From Candidatus Dormiibacterota bacterium (lineage in GTDB: Bacteria; Chloroflexota; Dormibacteria; Dormibacterales; Dormibacteraceae), in assembly GCA_963808785.1 (NCBI GenBank), contig CAWEGH010000008.1:2668-66667 (forward strand): a stretch of DNA of 64,000 nucleotides, given 5' to 3'. This document shows positions 1 to 8,765 of this stretch, one piece after another (position 1 is the first letter of the stretch; each line of letters begins with the position of its first letter). The notes below the pieces were generated by a model that was given only the letters and a program-made list of their open reading frames with translations, had not been told where the DNA came from and did no database searches. The translations under genes and the position numbers were made by a program.

Positions 1-606
1 CCACCGGAACGGAGCGGATATCAAGCACTTCTCCGGCGTCTCCTGCTTTGCCGAACGAGGCGTCGTGCCCGAGCCGGGCGTGGTGCGCATCGATCCCGAG
101 GTCCCGTTGAGGTGGCCGCCCTCGTCGGCTGCGCCGTCATGACCGGAGTCGGCGCGGTGATGAACACCGCACGCGTCACCCCGGGCGCATCGGTCTTGGT
201 CGGGGGGTCGGAGGCGTGGGCCTCAACTGCGTCATGGGTGCGGCGCTCGTCGGCGCGCACCCCGATCATCGTCGCGGACTTCGTCGATTCCAAGTTGGAG
301 ACGGCGATGGACTTCGGTGCCACGCACGCCGTGAACGCGGCGACCGGCGATCTGGTGACCGAGGTGCGGGCGCTGACCAGGGGTGGCGTCGACTTCGCGT
401 TCGAGGCGATCGGCAACCCGAAGGCGCCGCGGCAGGCATTCGACGCGGTTCGCCGGGGCGGCTCGACGATCGCGATCGGGATCGCGCCCCAGGGCAGCGA
501 GGCTTCGTTCGACGCGGGAGAGCTCGTCACCATGGAGAAGACGGTGCGAGGCATACCGCGCCTTGCTCGCCGCCGAGGTGGCGCGCTCGGTACTGATTCC
601 ATCTGA
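1..606 (+). pseudogene. Zn-dependent alcohol dehydrogenase (MDR family), 3' portion, multiply frameshifted and C-terminally truncated
   Basis: ADH-like motifs jump between frames. Frame 3, nt 3-100: DIKHFSGVSCFAERGVVPEPGVVRIDPEVPL. Frame 1: AALVGCAVMTGVGAVMNTARVTPGASVLV. Frame 3, nt ~208-255: GVGGVGLNCVMGAALVGA (Rossmann GxGxxG). Frame 1 again: PIIVADFVDSKLETAMDFGATHAVN...FEAIGNPKA. The reading ends about 60 aa early after EKTVRG. The 5' end is cut by the window edge. Confidence 0.7.
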
Positions 607-653
607 CTGACCGTTTGGGTGCCGGCCACGGGACTGCAAGAAGGAGAGTAGGC

Positions 654-1556
654 ATGCTGGACCTGCACGGAGTCATCCCTCCGCTCGTCACCCCATTCGA
701 CGAGCGCGAGGACCTCGACCAGCCGGCCTTCCGTGCCGAGGTCAGGCGCTGCCTGAAGGCCGAAGTGCACGGGCTCACGGTGACGGGGAGCACCGGCGAA
801 GGACACACGCTCTCGATCGATGAATCGGTTCGCGTCGCCGAGATCGCGCTCGACGAGGCAAAGAACCACGTCCCCGTGATCAGCGGGATCATCCAGGATT
901 CGACGCGGAGCGTCATCCGCTACGGCAGGGCCCTCAAGGAGACCGGGGTCGACGCCCTTCAGATCACACCCGTCCACTACCTCTTCAATCCTGGCCCGGA
1001 GGGAACGCTCTCTTACTACCGGGAGATCGGGGAGGCGGTCGAGCTCCCGATCGTGATCTACAACGTGGTGCCATGGAACACGATCCTCCCCGAAACTCTG
1101 CTGCGCCTCGCGGAGCAGACCTGGGTGGTTGCGGTGAAGCAGAGCGGCGGTGACATCCACAAGCTGGCGGATCTGCTGCGTGGTGTCCACGAGACCGGGA
1201 GCAAGCTGCGTGTGCTGAGCGCCGTCGACGCGCTCCTCATGCCCAGCTATCTGATGGGCGCGCACGGCTCCGTCGCCGCCATCCTGTCGGTAGTCCCAGA
1301 GTTGTCGGTGGAGCTTTGGCACGCCTGCCGTGACGGTGACCTCGAGCGTGCTCGTGCGCTCCATGAGCGGATCCTGCCCATCTGGCGGATCATGGAGCAC
1401 CCGGACATGACCTCCCGTGTCAAATGTGCCATCGAGCTGCAGGGGCGGCATGTCGGTGAGCCCCGGCGGCCTCTGCTCCCCGTGAGCATTCAGGTGAAGG
1501 AGCAGATTCGGGCGGGCCTCGAGCGGTCGGGGGTGCTGCAACCGGTGCGGGCCTAG
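654..1556 (+). CDS. DapA/NanA-family class I aldolase (dihydrodipicolinate synthase-like)
   Basis: AAGGAGAG RBS lies just upstream of ATG 654, in frame inside ORF 615..1556. LHGVIPPLVTPF...HGLTVTGSTGEGHTLS...IVIYNVVPWN is the typical DapA-family pattern. Confidence 0.85.
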   Translation: MLDLHGVIPPLVTPFDEREDLDQPAFRAEVRRCLKAEVHGLTVTGSTGEGHTLSIDESVRVAEIALDEAKNHVPVISGIIQDSTRSVIRYGRALKETGVDALQITPVHYLFNPGPEGTLSYYREIGEAVELPIVIYNVVPWNTILPETLLRLAEQTWVVAVKQSGGDIHKLADLLRGVHETGSKLRVLSAVDALLMPSYLMGAHGSVAAILSVVPELSVELWHACRDGDLERARALHERILPIWRIMEHPDMTSRVKCAIELQGRHVGEPRRPLLPVSIQVKEQIRAGLERSGVLQPVRA

Positions 1557-1628
1557 CCCTGGCCTGGCCCGCCTTGACACCGGGGTCGCGCGCGGTCGGG
1601 GTCCCGCGCTGTCCGCGCTCCGGGGTGC

Positions 1629-2411
1629 ATGGACCTCCGCCCGCCTACGTATTCTGGCCGCGTGGGGGCAGGTGAGAGCCGCCACGAGCGGCTGGTTCGG
1701 GACGAATTCTCCCGCACGGCGGCGGCCTTCGCCGATCGACAGCGGCATCGCTACCAGGAGCTGGGCGCGGTCGCGTTCTCCGGCCTCGCGTCCGGCGGGT
1801 CCGTGCTGGAAGTCGGTGCGGGCGCGGGCACGTTTCTCGGCGGGTTCCGTTCGCGGGCGTCGTTTGGCGTCGCCCTGGATTTCACGAGGCCGATGCTCGA
1901 GGTGGCACGGCGCGACCACCCCTGGATCAAATGCGTGCTGGGGCGTGGAACCGAGCTTCCCCTTCGTTCCCGCTCGTTCGAGCTGGTGGCATGTGCCAAC
2001 GCCCTGCATCACATGCCCGACCCGGGTCCGGTCCTGAGGGAGATGGCCCGGGTCACGGATCATCGCGTCTTGATCGTCGACCAGGCCGCCTCGGAGGACC
2101 CGGTCGAGGCGGATGCCCAGAACCAGCTGGAGCGGCTGCGGGATCCGAGCCATGCGAGATCACTTCCTCCCTCGGATCAGCGCCGCCTGCTCCAGCAAGC
2201 GGGGCTTGAGGTCGTGGCGGAGCGGGTGGTCGAGCGCGACGAGACAGTATCCGTGTGGACCAATCCGCGTGAGTTCGCCCCCGATCGGATCCATGCCGTG
2301 AGGCAATTTTTGGCCGGCTCCGCCTCTACCACCGGGATGAGTTTCCGGAAGCAAGGAGCCGACTGGGTGTTCCGCCGGCGAACGCTGCTGCTGCTCGGTG
2401 AACTTGCTTGA
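1629..2411 (+). CDS. class I SAM-dependent methyltransferase (Methyltransf_11/UbiE-like)
   Basis: Motif I VLEVGAGAGTF and a later ANALHHMPDPGPVLREMARV segment. 260-aa ORF. Confidence 0.8.
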   Translation: MDLRPPTYSGRVGAGESRHERLVRDEFSRTAAAFADRQRHRYQELGAVAFSGLASGGSVLEVGAGAGTFLGGFRSRASFGVALDFTRPMLEVARRDHPWIKCVLGRGTELPLRSRSFELVACANALHHMPDPGPVLREMARVTDHRVLIVDQAASEDPVEADAQNQLERLRDPSHARSLPPSDQRRLLQQAGLEVVAERVVERDETVSVWTNPREFAPDRIHAVRQFLAGSASTTGMSFRKQGADWVFRRRTLLLLGELA

Positions 2412-2713
2412 AACCGCAACCACCGCGCCTTTCCCACCTGCCTCCCCCCCGCAGACCTTCCATCGGCGTTGTCTTCGCTCTGACGGCACCGTCTCCCGAC
2501 CGCCGCGGGGCTGCCGGCGCGGCGACCGGAGCGTTAGCCGGCGGCAACCGTGGGACAAATCCTCTTGCCCCAAACCTTATCGAGTCGCTATCATGCTTTC
2601 ACTGGTCGTGGTTCCCACGAAATTAGGAAACCGCTGATCCCAACCTGGTTTCTCGACCGTGACCAGCAGGGAGCTGCGCCCCGTTCTAAAGCCATGTTCA
2701 GGAGGAAATCGAA

Positions 2714-3289
2714 ATGACCGACACGAGCGCTACCGGCGGCGACTTCAAAGAATCCGTCAGAGCCAAGGCGGATGAGGTCGCCGGCCAGGCGCAGCAGCTG
2801 GGGGATTCGCTGCACGGCCGCGCCACCGACGAGGCCGGAACCCGATCGACGCAGGCGGGCGAGCAGCTCGGTGCGGTGAGCGACGTGATGCGCGAGGCGT
2901 CACAGGAGTTCCGGGACCAGGGTAACCAGATCCCCGCCGCGATCGCCGAACAGGTCGCCGACCGTGCCGAACGCTTCGGTCGTTATCTTCGGGAATCGAG
3001 CGGCGAGAAGCTGTTCAACGATGCCCAGGACTTGGCGCGGCAACAGCCTTGGGTGGTGGCGGCCCTCGGACTCGCGGCCGGCCTGGCGGTAGCCCGGCTC
3101 CTGAAGGCGTCGGGACGGCGTGGTTATGGCGGCTCCGGCAATAGCTACTACACCGCGACCACCTCCGCCACCACCGCGCCCAGGCTGCCGGCACCGCCGC
3201 CCGAGCCCGTCGAGCCACCGCCCGCGTTCAGCCGCGCCGGTGTTCCGGAGGGGACGACCCGGCCCTGGACAGGCGAACGCGATGTCTGA
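2714..3289 (+). CDS. hypothetical tail-anchored protein (DUF883/YqjD-like architecture)
   Basis: AGGAGGAAATCGAA precedes the ATG. Helical low-complexity N-region, then a single C-terminal TM (QQPWVVAALGLAAGLAVARLL). The stop overlaps the next start (ATGTCTGA). Confidence 0.55.
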   Translation: MTDTSATGGDFKESVRAKADEVAGQAQQLGDSLHGRATDEAGTRSTQAGEQLGAVSDVMREASQEFRDQGNQIPAAIAEQVADRAERFGRYLRESSGEKLFNDAQDLARQQPWVVAALGLAAGLAVARLLKASGRRGYGGSGNSYYTATTSATTAPRLPAPPPEPVEPPPAFSRAGVPEGTTRPWTGERDV

Positions 3290-3710
3290 GCCCTACGATC
3301 CGACCGCCGAAGAGCTTCACAGGCTCCCGACCGGCGAACTCGTCAAGCGCCTGGCGGAAGAGACGAGCACGCTCGTCCGTCAGGAGCTCGAACTGGCGCG
3401 GGCGGAGGTCACGCAGAAGGCCAAGAAGATCGGCTTCGGTCTCGGTGAGCTGGGTGCGGCCGGCATCGCGGCCCTGTACGCGCTGGGTGCGCTGACTGCC
3501 TGCGCGATCGCGGCCCTGGCTCTCGTCATGCCGCTGTGGCTGGCGGCGCTGATCGTAGCGGTGATCTACGCGGTCGTCGCCTTGGTCCTCGCGCTGGTCG
3601 GTCGCAACCAGCTGCGACAGGGTATGCCGCCGGTTCCCGAACAAACTCAGGAAACCTTGAAGGAGGATGTGGAATGGCTCAAGAACCGGACGAGATCCGA
3701 CGTCAAATAG
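3282..3710 (+). CDS. phage-holin-family (actinobacterial Holin-X-like) two-TM protein
   Basis: Uses internal ATG 3282 of ORF 3120..3710. LVRQELELARAEV...KKIGFGLGELGAAGIAALYALGALT...LWLAALIVAVIYAVVALVLALVG. Confidence 0.65.
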   Translation: MSEPYDPTAEELHRLPTGELVKRLAEETSTLVRQELELARAEVTQKAKKIGFGLGELGAAGIAALYALGALTACAIAALALVMPLWLAALIVAVIYAVVALVLALVGRNQLRQGMPPVPEQTQETLKEDVEWLKNRTRSDVK

Positions 3711-4207
3711 AAGAGACGCGCGATCGTATGAGTGACACGACCGATGCGCTCACCTACAAGGCGGATGTGCCCAGCCGCGTCGGTGATGCCGTGCGAGAGA
3801 AGCGCGACCAGGTTCGTAATTTCCTGGGTGGCGCCGCCGACCAGGCGCCCGGCACTGATGACGTGAAGGCACGAGGTCGTCAGGCCGTCGGTCTGGCGCG
3901 GGAGAATCCCCTCGCCCTGGCGGCCGGGGCGGCCGCTCTGGGATTGCTCGTCGGCCTGGCATTGCCCTCCACCCAGATGGAGGACGAGCGCTTCGGAGCC
4001 GCCGCGGACACGATCAAGGATCACGCCTTGGAGGCCGGGCAGGAGGCGTTGGAGCGCGGAAAGAGCGTCGCTCAGGATGCCGCGCAGGCGGCCGCGGACA
4101 CCGCTCGCGAGCGTGGGTCTACCGAGGCTTCAGGGCTTCAAGAGAGCGCTCAGCAAAGGGCGCAACAAGCGAGCCAGGAAGCGAGGCAAAACCTCCAGTC
4201 GAACTGA
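3674..4207 (+). CDS. DUF3618-like protein
   Basis: ATG 3674 is preceded by AGGAGGA. N-terminus EIRRQIEETRDRMSDTTDALTYK; central TM LALAAGAAALGLLVGLAL. Overlaps the previous gene by 37 nt. Confidence 0.6.
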   Translation: MAQEPDEIRRQIEETRDRMSDTTDALTYKADVPSRVGDAVREKRDQVRNFLGGAADQAPGTDDVKARGRQAVGLARENPLALAAGAAALGLLVGLALPSTQMEDERFGAAADTIKDHALEAGQEALERGKSVAQDAAQAAADTARERGSTEASGLQESAQQRAQQASQEARQNLQSN

Positions 4208-4212
4208 GTCGC

Positions 4213-5085
4213 ATGTCACAAATGCTCCACCGCCTGCAGGATTCACTTCCAGGCAGGTTCGCAAAGGCTTATGGGGACAGCAAGGCCGGCAACTACGCTG
4301 CCGGCCTTGCGTTCAACTCCTTCACTTCGATGTTCCCGCTCCTGCTCGGGCTCCTCACCATCGCCGGCCTGATATTCGGCGGACAGCAACGAGCTCACGT
4401 CCAAAGCGTGCTGGTCAGCGCCTTTCCGGCCGAGGCACAAGCGTCGATGCGGACGGCGCTGACCAGTGCCCAGCAACACGCCGGACTATTCGGTCTGGCC
4501 GCCATCCTGGGCCTGATCTGGACCGGCACCAACTTCTTCGGCAGCCTGGAGTTCGCGCTCTGCGAAATGTTCGGGGTGGAGCAACGAACTTTCCTCCGGC
4601 AGCGGCTGATGGGCCTGCTGATGCTCGTCATCTTCCTGGTCGGTATGGGGGTGGCCGTCATCGCCAACACGGCGCTGGGTTTTCTGGGCATCTCCGTCCT
4701 GGGACCGGTGCTCGGCGCGCTGGTGTTGGTGGGCTTGATGACCCTCGTCTACCGAGTGGTGCCCAACCGCAGCTTCAGCTTCGTCGAGGTGCTCCGTGGC
4801 TCGGTGCTGGCCGGCATCGGGATCGAGATCGTCACACTTCTCTTCCCCTTCTACGCACACCTGATGCACGGTTTCAGCAGCTACGGTCAGACGTTTGCGC
4901 TGTTCCTCCTGCTGGCGGCTTGGCTCTATCTGGTGAGCCAGCTGATCCTGATGGGCGCGGTTCTTACGCGAATGCTCCTCGGCGCCCCGAGAGAGGAGGG
5001 AGTCGTCGCCGATCCCAATGCAAAGCGGGAGACGACAAGGGGGAGCGCGGCGGCTGAGCGGCAAGGTCAGGCGGGCGGTTCGTAA
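4213..5085 (+). CDS. YihY/BrkB family membrane protein
   Basis: NYAAGLAFNSFTSMFPLLLGLLTI signature and a multi-TM profile across 290 aa. Confidence 0.85.
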   Translation: MSQMLHRLQDSLPGRFAKAYGDSKAGNYAAGLAFNSFTSMFPLLLGLLTIAGLIFGGQQRAHVQSVLVSAFPAEAQASMRTALTSAQQHAGLFGLAAILGLIWTGTNFFGSLEFALCEMFGVEQRTFLRQRLMGLLMLVIFLVGMGVAVIANTALGFLGISVLGPVLGALVLVGLMTLVYRVVPNRSFSFVEVLRGSVLAGIGIEIVTLLFPFYAHLMHGFSSYGQTFALFLLLAAWLYLVSQLILMGAVLTRMLLGAPREEGVVADPNAKRETTRGSAAAERQGQAGGS

Positions 5086-5160
5086 CAAAGCCTCGACCCC
5101 AACGCGAAGACTCTCCGTGGTTGATACCGCACTCTTGATCGGGCACGGCGGGAGTCCACT

Positions 5161-6279
5161 GTGGGACGATGCCCAGGGGGTCGAGGGTTCCTGAGACCCG
5201 GCCGGGGGGTGAATGATGTCATCGAAGCAACTGCCGAATACGACGTCGTCGGCGAAGGGGGCGTAGACCTGGTGCCTCCACTGCCGACCGAGCTGCAGAT
5301 CGAAGTTACGGGCTCCTGCAATCTTCGGTGTCGGATGTGTCTGGTCAGCTACCGACCGGAGCTGGGACGGCGCGAGGGAGCCCTGGATGTCGGGCTCTTC
5401 CGGCGCCTGCTGGAAGAGAACCCGCAGCTTCGCCGCGTCACCCTCCAGGGACTGGGGGAGCCACTGCTTGCGCCCGGGATCTTCGAAATGGTGGCGCTGG
5501 CGGCACATCGCGGCATCGAGATGGGCTTCAACACCAACGGGATGCTGCTCACCCCGCGACGAGCCGAGGAACTCATCCGGGCCGGCCTGGGCTGGCTGCA
5601 CGTCTCAGTGGACGGAGCGCGCCCGGAGACGTATGCCGCCATTCGGGGTCGAGGAGACTGGCACCGGGTAGCACGCAACGTCCGCGCCCTGGTTGAGGTT
5701 CAGGACCGTTTGGGGGCACGGCTTCCCCGCCTGTCACTGGTCATGGTTGCCATGCGCCGAAACCTGGACGAGATCCCGGCCGTCGTCGGCCTGGCAGCCG
5801 AGTGGGGAGTGAAGCGCCTCTGGGTCCAGAATCTGTCGCACTCCTTCTCCGATGCCGACCCGGCGGGACAGTACCAGGAGATCCGGGCCTTCGCGCAGGA
5901 AGAGGCGCTCTGGGGCGGCCGCGACCTCGACCGCGCGCGGCAGGTGTTCGCCCTCGCCGCGGCGGAAGCGCGGCGTCGGGGCGTTGAGCTGCGTCTCCCC
6001 CACCTTCGACCGCAGCGGCGTCCCCGCCGTTCGGCGGACTCCGGTCGACCGGCCTGCGACTGGCCCTGGCGCTCCGCCTACGTCACCCATGACGGTGCGG
6101 TGCAGCCGTGCTGCATGGTGATGGGCTCCGATCGCGTGCAGCTCGGCGACCTGGGATCGCGGAGCTTCACCGAGATCTGGTCAGGCGATGCCTACCGCAA
6201 GTTCCGAGAGGGACTGGAGGGGAAGCGTGCACCGCACCCCGTGTGTGCCGGCTGTTCGGTGTACCGGGGCGTCTTTTAG
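5161..6279 (+). CDS. radical SAM / SPASM-domain protein
   Basis: CxxxCxxC motif GSCNLRCRMC. Cys-rich C-terminus CDWPW...QPCCMVMG...HPVCAGCSVY. The start is uncertain: GTG 5161 or an in-frame GTG at 5206. Confidence 0.85.
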   Translation: MGRCPGGRGFLRPGRGVNDVIEATAEYDVVGEGGVDLVPPLPTELQIEVTGSCNLRCRMCLVSYRPELGRREGALDVGLFRRLLEENPQLRRVTLQGLGEPLLAPGIFEMVALAAHRGIEMGFNTNGMLLTPRRAEELIRAGLGWLHVSVDGARPETYAAIRGRGDWHRVARNVRALVEVQDRLGARLPRLSLVMVAMRRNLDEIPAVVGLAAEWGVKRLWVQNLSHSFSDADPAGQYQEIRAFAQEEALWGGRDLDRARQVFALAAAEARRRGVELRLPHLRPQRRPRRSADSGRPACDWPWRSAYVTHDGAVQPCCMVMGSDRVQLGDLGSRSFTEIWSGDAYRKFREGLEGKRAPHPVCAGCSVYRGVF

Positions 6280-6282
6280 CTT

Positions 6283-6600
6283 GCAGAAAGTTGATGACTC
6301 CGCCGAGGATCGTGGCCGCCACGATCAGGAGATAAAAGGTCGGCCGGTACCAGGCTGGTTGCCAAGGTTTCCCTTAAAGCCGAAGAATGCTTTGACCGCA
6401 TAGGCACCCGACGCGGACAGGATCGGAGTCGCCAGCAGGCCGGTTCCGATCATGCCGAGAGCGCCAGGATTAAGATCGCGACCGGAACGATCAGCCAGAG
6501 CTTGGGCACGCGCCCTTTGGTGAGCAGTGAAACCCCAGGCGGCGACGGCACCCAGGTCCGGCCCCCAGCCCCGGTAGGCCACCTCTGCCGCACAGAAGGG
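6283..6600 (-). pseudogene. Nramp-type divalent metal transporter remnant (C-terminal TM segments only)
   Basis: The minus strand reads GMIGTGLLATPILSASGAYAVKAFFGFKGNLGNQPGTGRP. After a 1-nt shift in a T-run it continues FYLLIVAATILGGVINFLQA. No N-terminal part of the transporter is present, and the remnant abuts the 3' end of the radical SAM gene. Confidence 0.45.
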
Positions 6601-6640
6601 GCCTCTGCTGGACGTCGGACCTCTCCGGCTGGGATGCCGC

Positions 6641-7798
6641 TCAGCGCTCTCCTCTGGCCTTCTCCCTCTCCACTGCTCGGCGGCGCGCGCGCCGAGCAGC
6701 GATCTCGGGCTGCGGACGGTTCGCACCCGTGGTCGCCGGCGAGAGCGCCTGCGCGCGCTCCGGCTGGGGGATCGGCACCGGATAGAGCACCGCGTTGATC
6801 TCGGCTCCGAAGACGGTGATGCTGGCCATCAGGAAGAAGAAGAACATCAGGATGAAGAACAGCCCGAAGGTCTTGCCGTACTGGTCCATGCCCTGACCGG
6901 CGACGTGCAGGTAGATGGGGAACATGTACGTGAGGACCTGAAAGCTGACGCCGGCGAACAGCGCCCCCGGCCAGACCTGCCTCAGCTGCTGCCGCCGGTT
7001 GGGAACCACGTAGTAGACGATGAAGAAGAGGACAAACCCGCAGACCGCTCCGATCACGAACTGGGCCACCAGCCGGACCACCCCGTTGGCTCCCAGCGAG
7101 AGCGGTAGGCCCGGCAGGCGCTCCAATACCGGCAGCATGGCCGAGGTGATGATCGCCAGCCCGGTCAGGCCCGCGAACACGACCATGAGGGCGACCGCCA
7201 TCAGCTTCTGGCGGAAGAAGTCTCGCAACGGCACGTGATAGATGACGTCAAACGCCTGCTCCATAGCTCCGAAGAGGAGGGACGCCATCCACATGAAGCC
7301 GATGATGCCGAGCACCGCGAAGAGACCGGTCTTGGTCTGCATCCGCTCCAGCGTCTCGAGGATCTGAGCCTGGCCCGCCGGTTCCGGGACCAACCTCACC
7401 ACCATCTCGTAGATAGCGACCGAGCCGACGCCGACTCGGGAGAGGACCAGACCCAGGATCGCGGCCAGGATGAGCGCGACCGGAAACAGGGACTGCAGCA
7501 GGTTCCAGGCGATGGATACGGCCTGGGTCGGGCCGTTGTCTTCCAGATACTTCCGGAACACGCGACCAGGAAAGGTCCCAAGCACGGTGCCGGCCAGTTG
7601 GCGAAGGCGCTCCACCAGCCGGCCCCTTACCGGGCTGCCTCCAGAGGCTTCTTCGACTGGGGCACGGGCCTTCGCATCCTCCCGATCGGGCGGCGACCGG
7701 CCTCGCAATCCCCCTGCGCCAATGTCTCCATTTGCTCTAGCCCAAGTACCATTGACAGTATAGGAGTGCTGTTTAGACCCGGGGTGGATACGAGTCAT
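6641..7798 (-). CDS. YihY/BrkB family membrane protein (second paralogue)
   Basis: Uses internal ATG 7798 of ORF 6641..8359. FPGRVFRKYLEDNGPTQAVSIAWNLLQSLFPVALILAAILG plus a multi-TM body. I take the upstream 187 codons of the ORF as non-coding. Confidence 0.8.
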   Translation of the reverse strand: MTRIHPGSKQHSYTVNGTWARANGDIGAGGLRGRSPPDREDAKARAPVEEASGGSPVRGRLVERLRQLAGTVLGTFPGRVFRKYLEDNGPTQAVSIAWNLLQSLFPVALILAAILGLVLSRVGVGSVAIYEMVVRLVPEPAGQAQILETLERMQTKTGLFAVLGIIGFMWMASLLFGAMEQAFDVIYHVPLRDFFRQKLMAVALMVVFAGLTGLAIITSAMLPVLERLPGLPLSLGANGVVRLVAQFVIGAVCGFVLFFIVYYVVPNRRQQLRQVWPGALFAGVSFQVLTYMFPIYLHVAGQGMDQYGKTFGLFFILMFFFFLMASITVFGAEINAVLYPVPIPQPERAQALSPATTGANRPQPEIAARRARRRAVEREKARGER

Positions 7799-7969
7799 CA
7801 GGAAGTGTCCACATTCCGACGCTAAAGCGCCCGGGGTAGGGTCGCAGTGTGGACACTCCGCCCTCAACGCCGATCTCGGCTGACGCCGCCAGCGGTGCGG
7901 GGCATGTCGCTCCCCAGGCGGGTTTGGTTTCCGACTCCGGCCGGTCGGTCGACAAGGGATATTTACGCC

Positions 7970-8398
7970 ATGGATCTGCGCGTCGACATCATCACCCTCG
8001 CCGTGTCCAACCTGGACGAGGCTCACGCGTTTTACGTGGACCGACTCGGATGGAAGCCGGTGCTCGTGGTTCCCGGAGAGGTCACCTTTCTGCGGGCCGG
8101 CCCCGGACGGATGGTCGGATTGTTCGGTCGCCACGATCTGGAGAGGGACATCGGAGACCGAGAGCGTGTCCCTCCCTTCGACCTCGGCCAGCTGTTCGGG
8201 ACCCCGGGGGAGGTCGACGTGGCATTCAAGGCCATGGTCGCCGCCGGCGCCAGAGTACGCAAACCCCCTCAGCGGCCCGAGCTCTTCGAGGGTTACCACG
8301 CCTACGTCGAAGCGCCCGAGGGCACGGTCTGGGAGCTGATTCACAACCCTGGATTCCACTTCGACCCCGAGGGAGCGCCCCGCTTCGCGCCGGGATAG
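7970..8398 (+). CDS. VOC (glyoxalase/bleomycin-resistance) family protein
   Basis: Uses internal ATG 7970. MDLRVDIITLAVSNLDEAHAFYVDRLGW...GYHAYVEAPEGTVWELIHNP. Confidence 0.8.
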   Translation: MDLRVDIITLAVSNLDEAHAFYVDRLGWKPVLVVPGEVTFLRAGPGRMVGLFGRHDLERDIGDRERVPPFDLGQLFGTPGEVDVAFKAMVAAGARVRKPPQRPELFEGYHAYVEAPEGTVWELIHNPGFHFDPEGAPRFAPG

Positions 8399-8520
8399 TC
8401 CCCCGCAGCCGCCGGGTCGTCATTCAGGGGACCATGGCACGTGCTGTGGAGTCAGGTCGACCTCCGCCGGAACCTGACGCCCAGCGGAGGCGGTCAAGCC
8501 GGGCGACCCCAATAGTCGAG

Positions 8521-8720
8521 ATGAAGTTCCTGGACCCGAGCCTGGTGCATCAGTCAAGGCCCCTTTCCGACCATGTGCTGCTCCTCAGGAACCTTCGCCA
8601 GGAGGGCCGGCTACAGCGCGTGCTCACCGTCTTGAAGACGCGGGCCCATCGTCACGACCCGACCATCAGGCGCTTCGAGATCACCACCGAGGGGATCACC
8701 CTGACCAAGGGGCACGCATC
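8521..8720 (+). pseudogene. KaiC/RadA-like RecA-superfamily ATPase, extreme C-terminal fragment
   Basis: SDHVLLLRNLRQEGRLQRVLTVLKTRAHRHDPTIRRFEITTEGITL resembles the KaiC-type C-terminus. There are no Walker motifs upstream. Confidence 0.45.
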
Positions 8721-8765
8721 GCTGGGGTCTAGAGCGTCTCGTACCCGGGCCGGTTTGACGGCATC

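Noticed and set aside
21-2153. Very long ORFs antisense to, or overlapping, recognisable genes: 21..2153 (710 aa), 4486..5601, 18345..19964, 26349..28619 (756 aa), 29208..31361 (717 aa), 43600..46017 (805 aa), 34966..36441, 50528..52258.
   Set aside because: Their translations are Arg/Pro/Gly/Ala-rich low-complexity strings with no motifs. Each is the mirror of a well-supported gene on the other strand. They are typical shadow ORFs of high-GC DNA with few stop codons.
5215-5268. 17-codon ORF (MMSSKQLPNTTSSAKGA) overlapping the 5' end of the radical SAM gene, considered as a possible RiPP precursor.
   Set aside because: It is out of frame inside the enzyme's probable coding region, has no RBS, and has no Cys or Gly-rich core typical of SPASM substrates.
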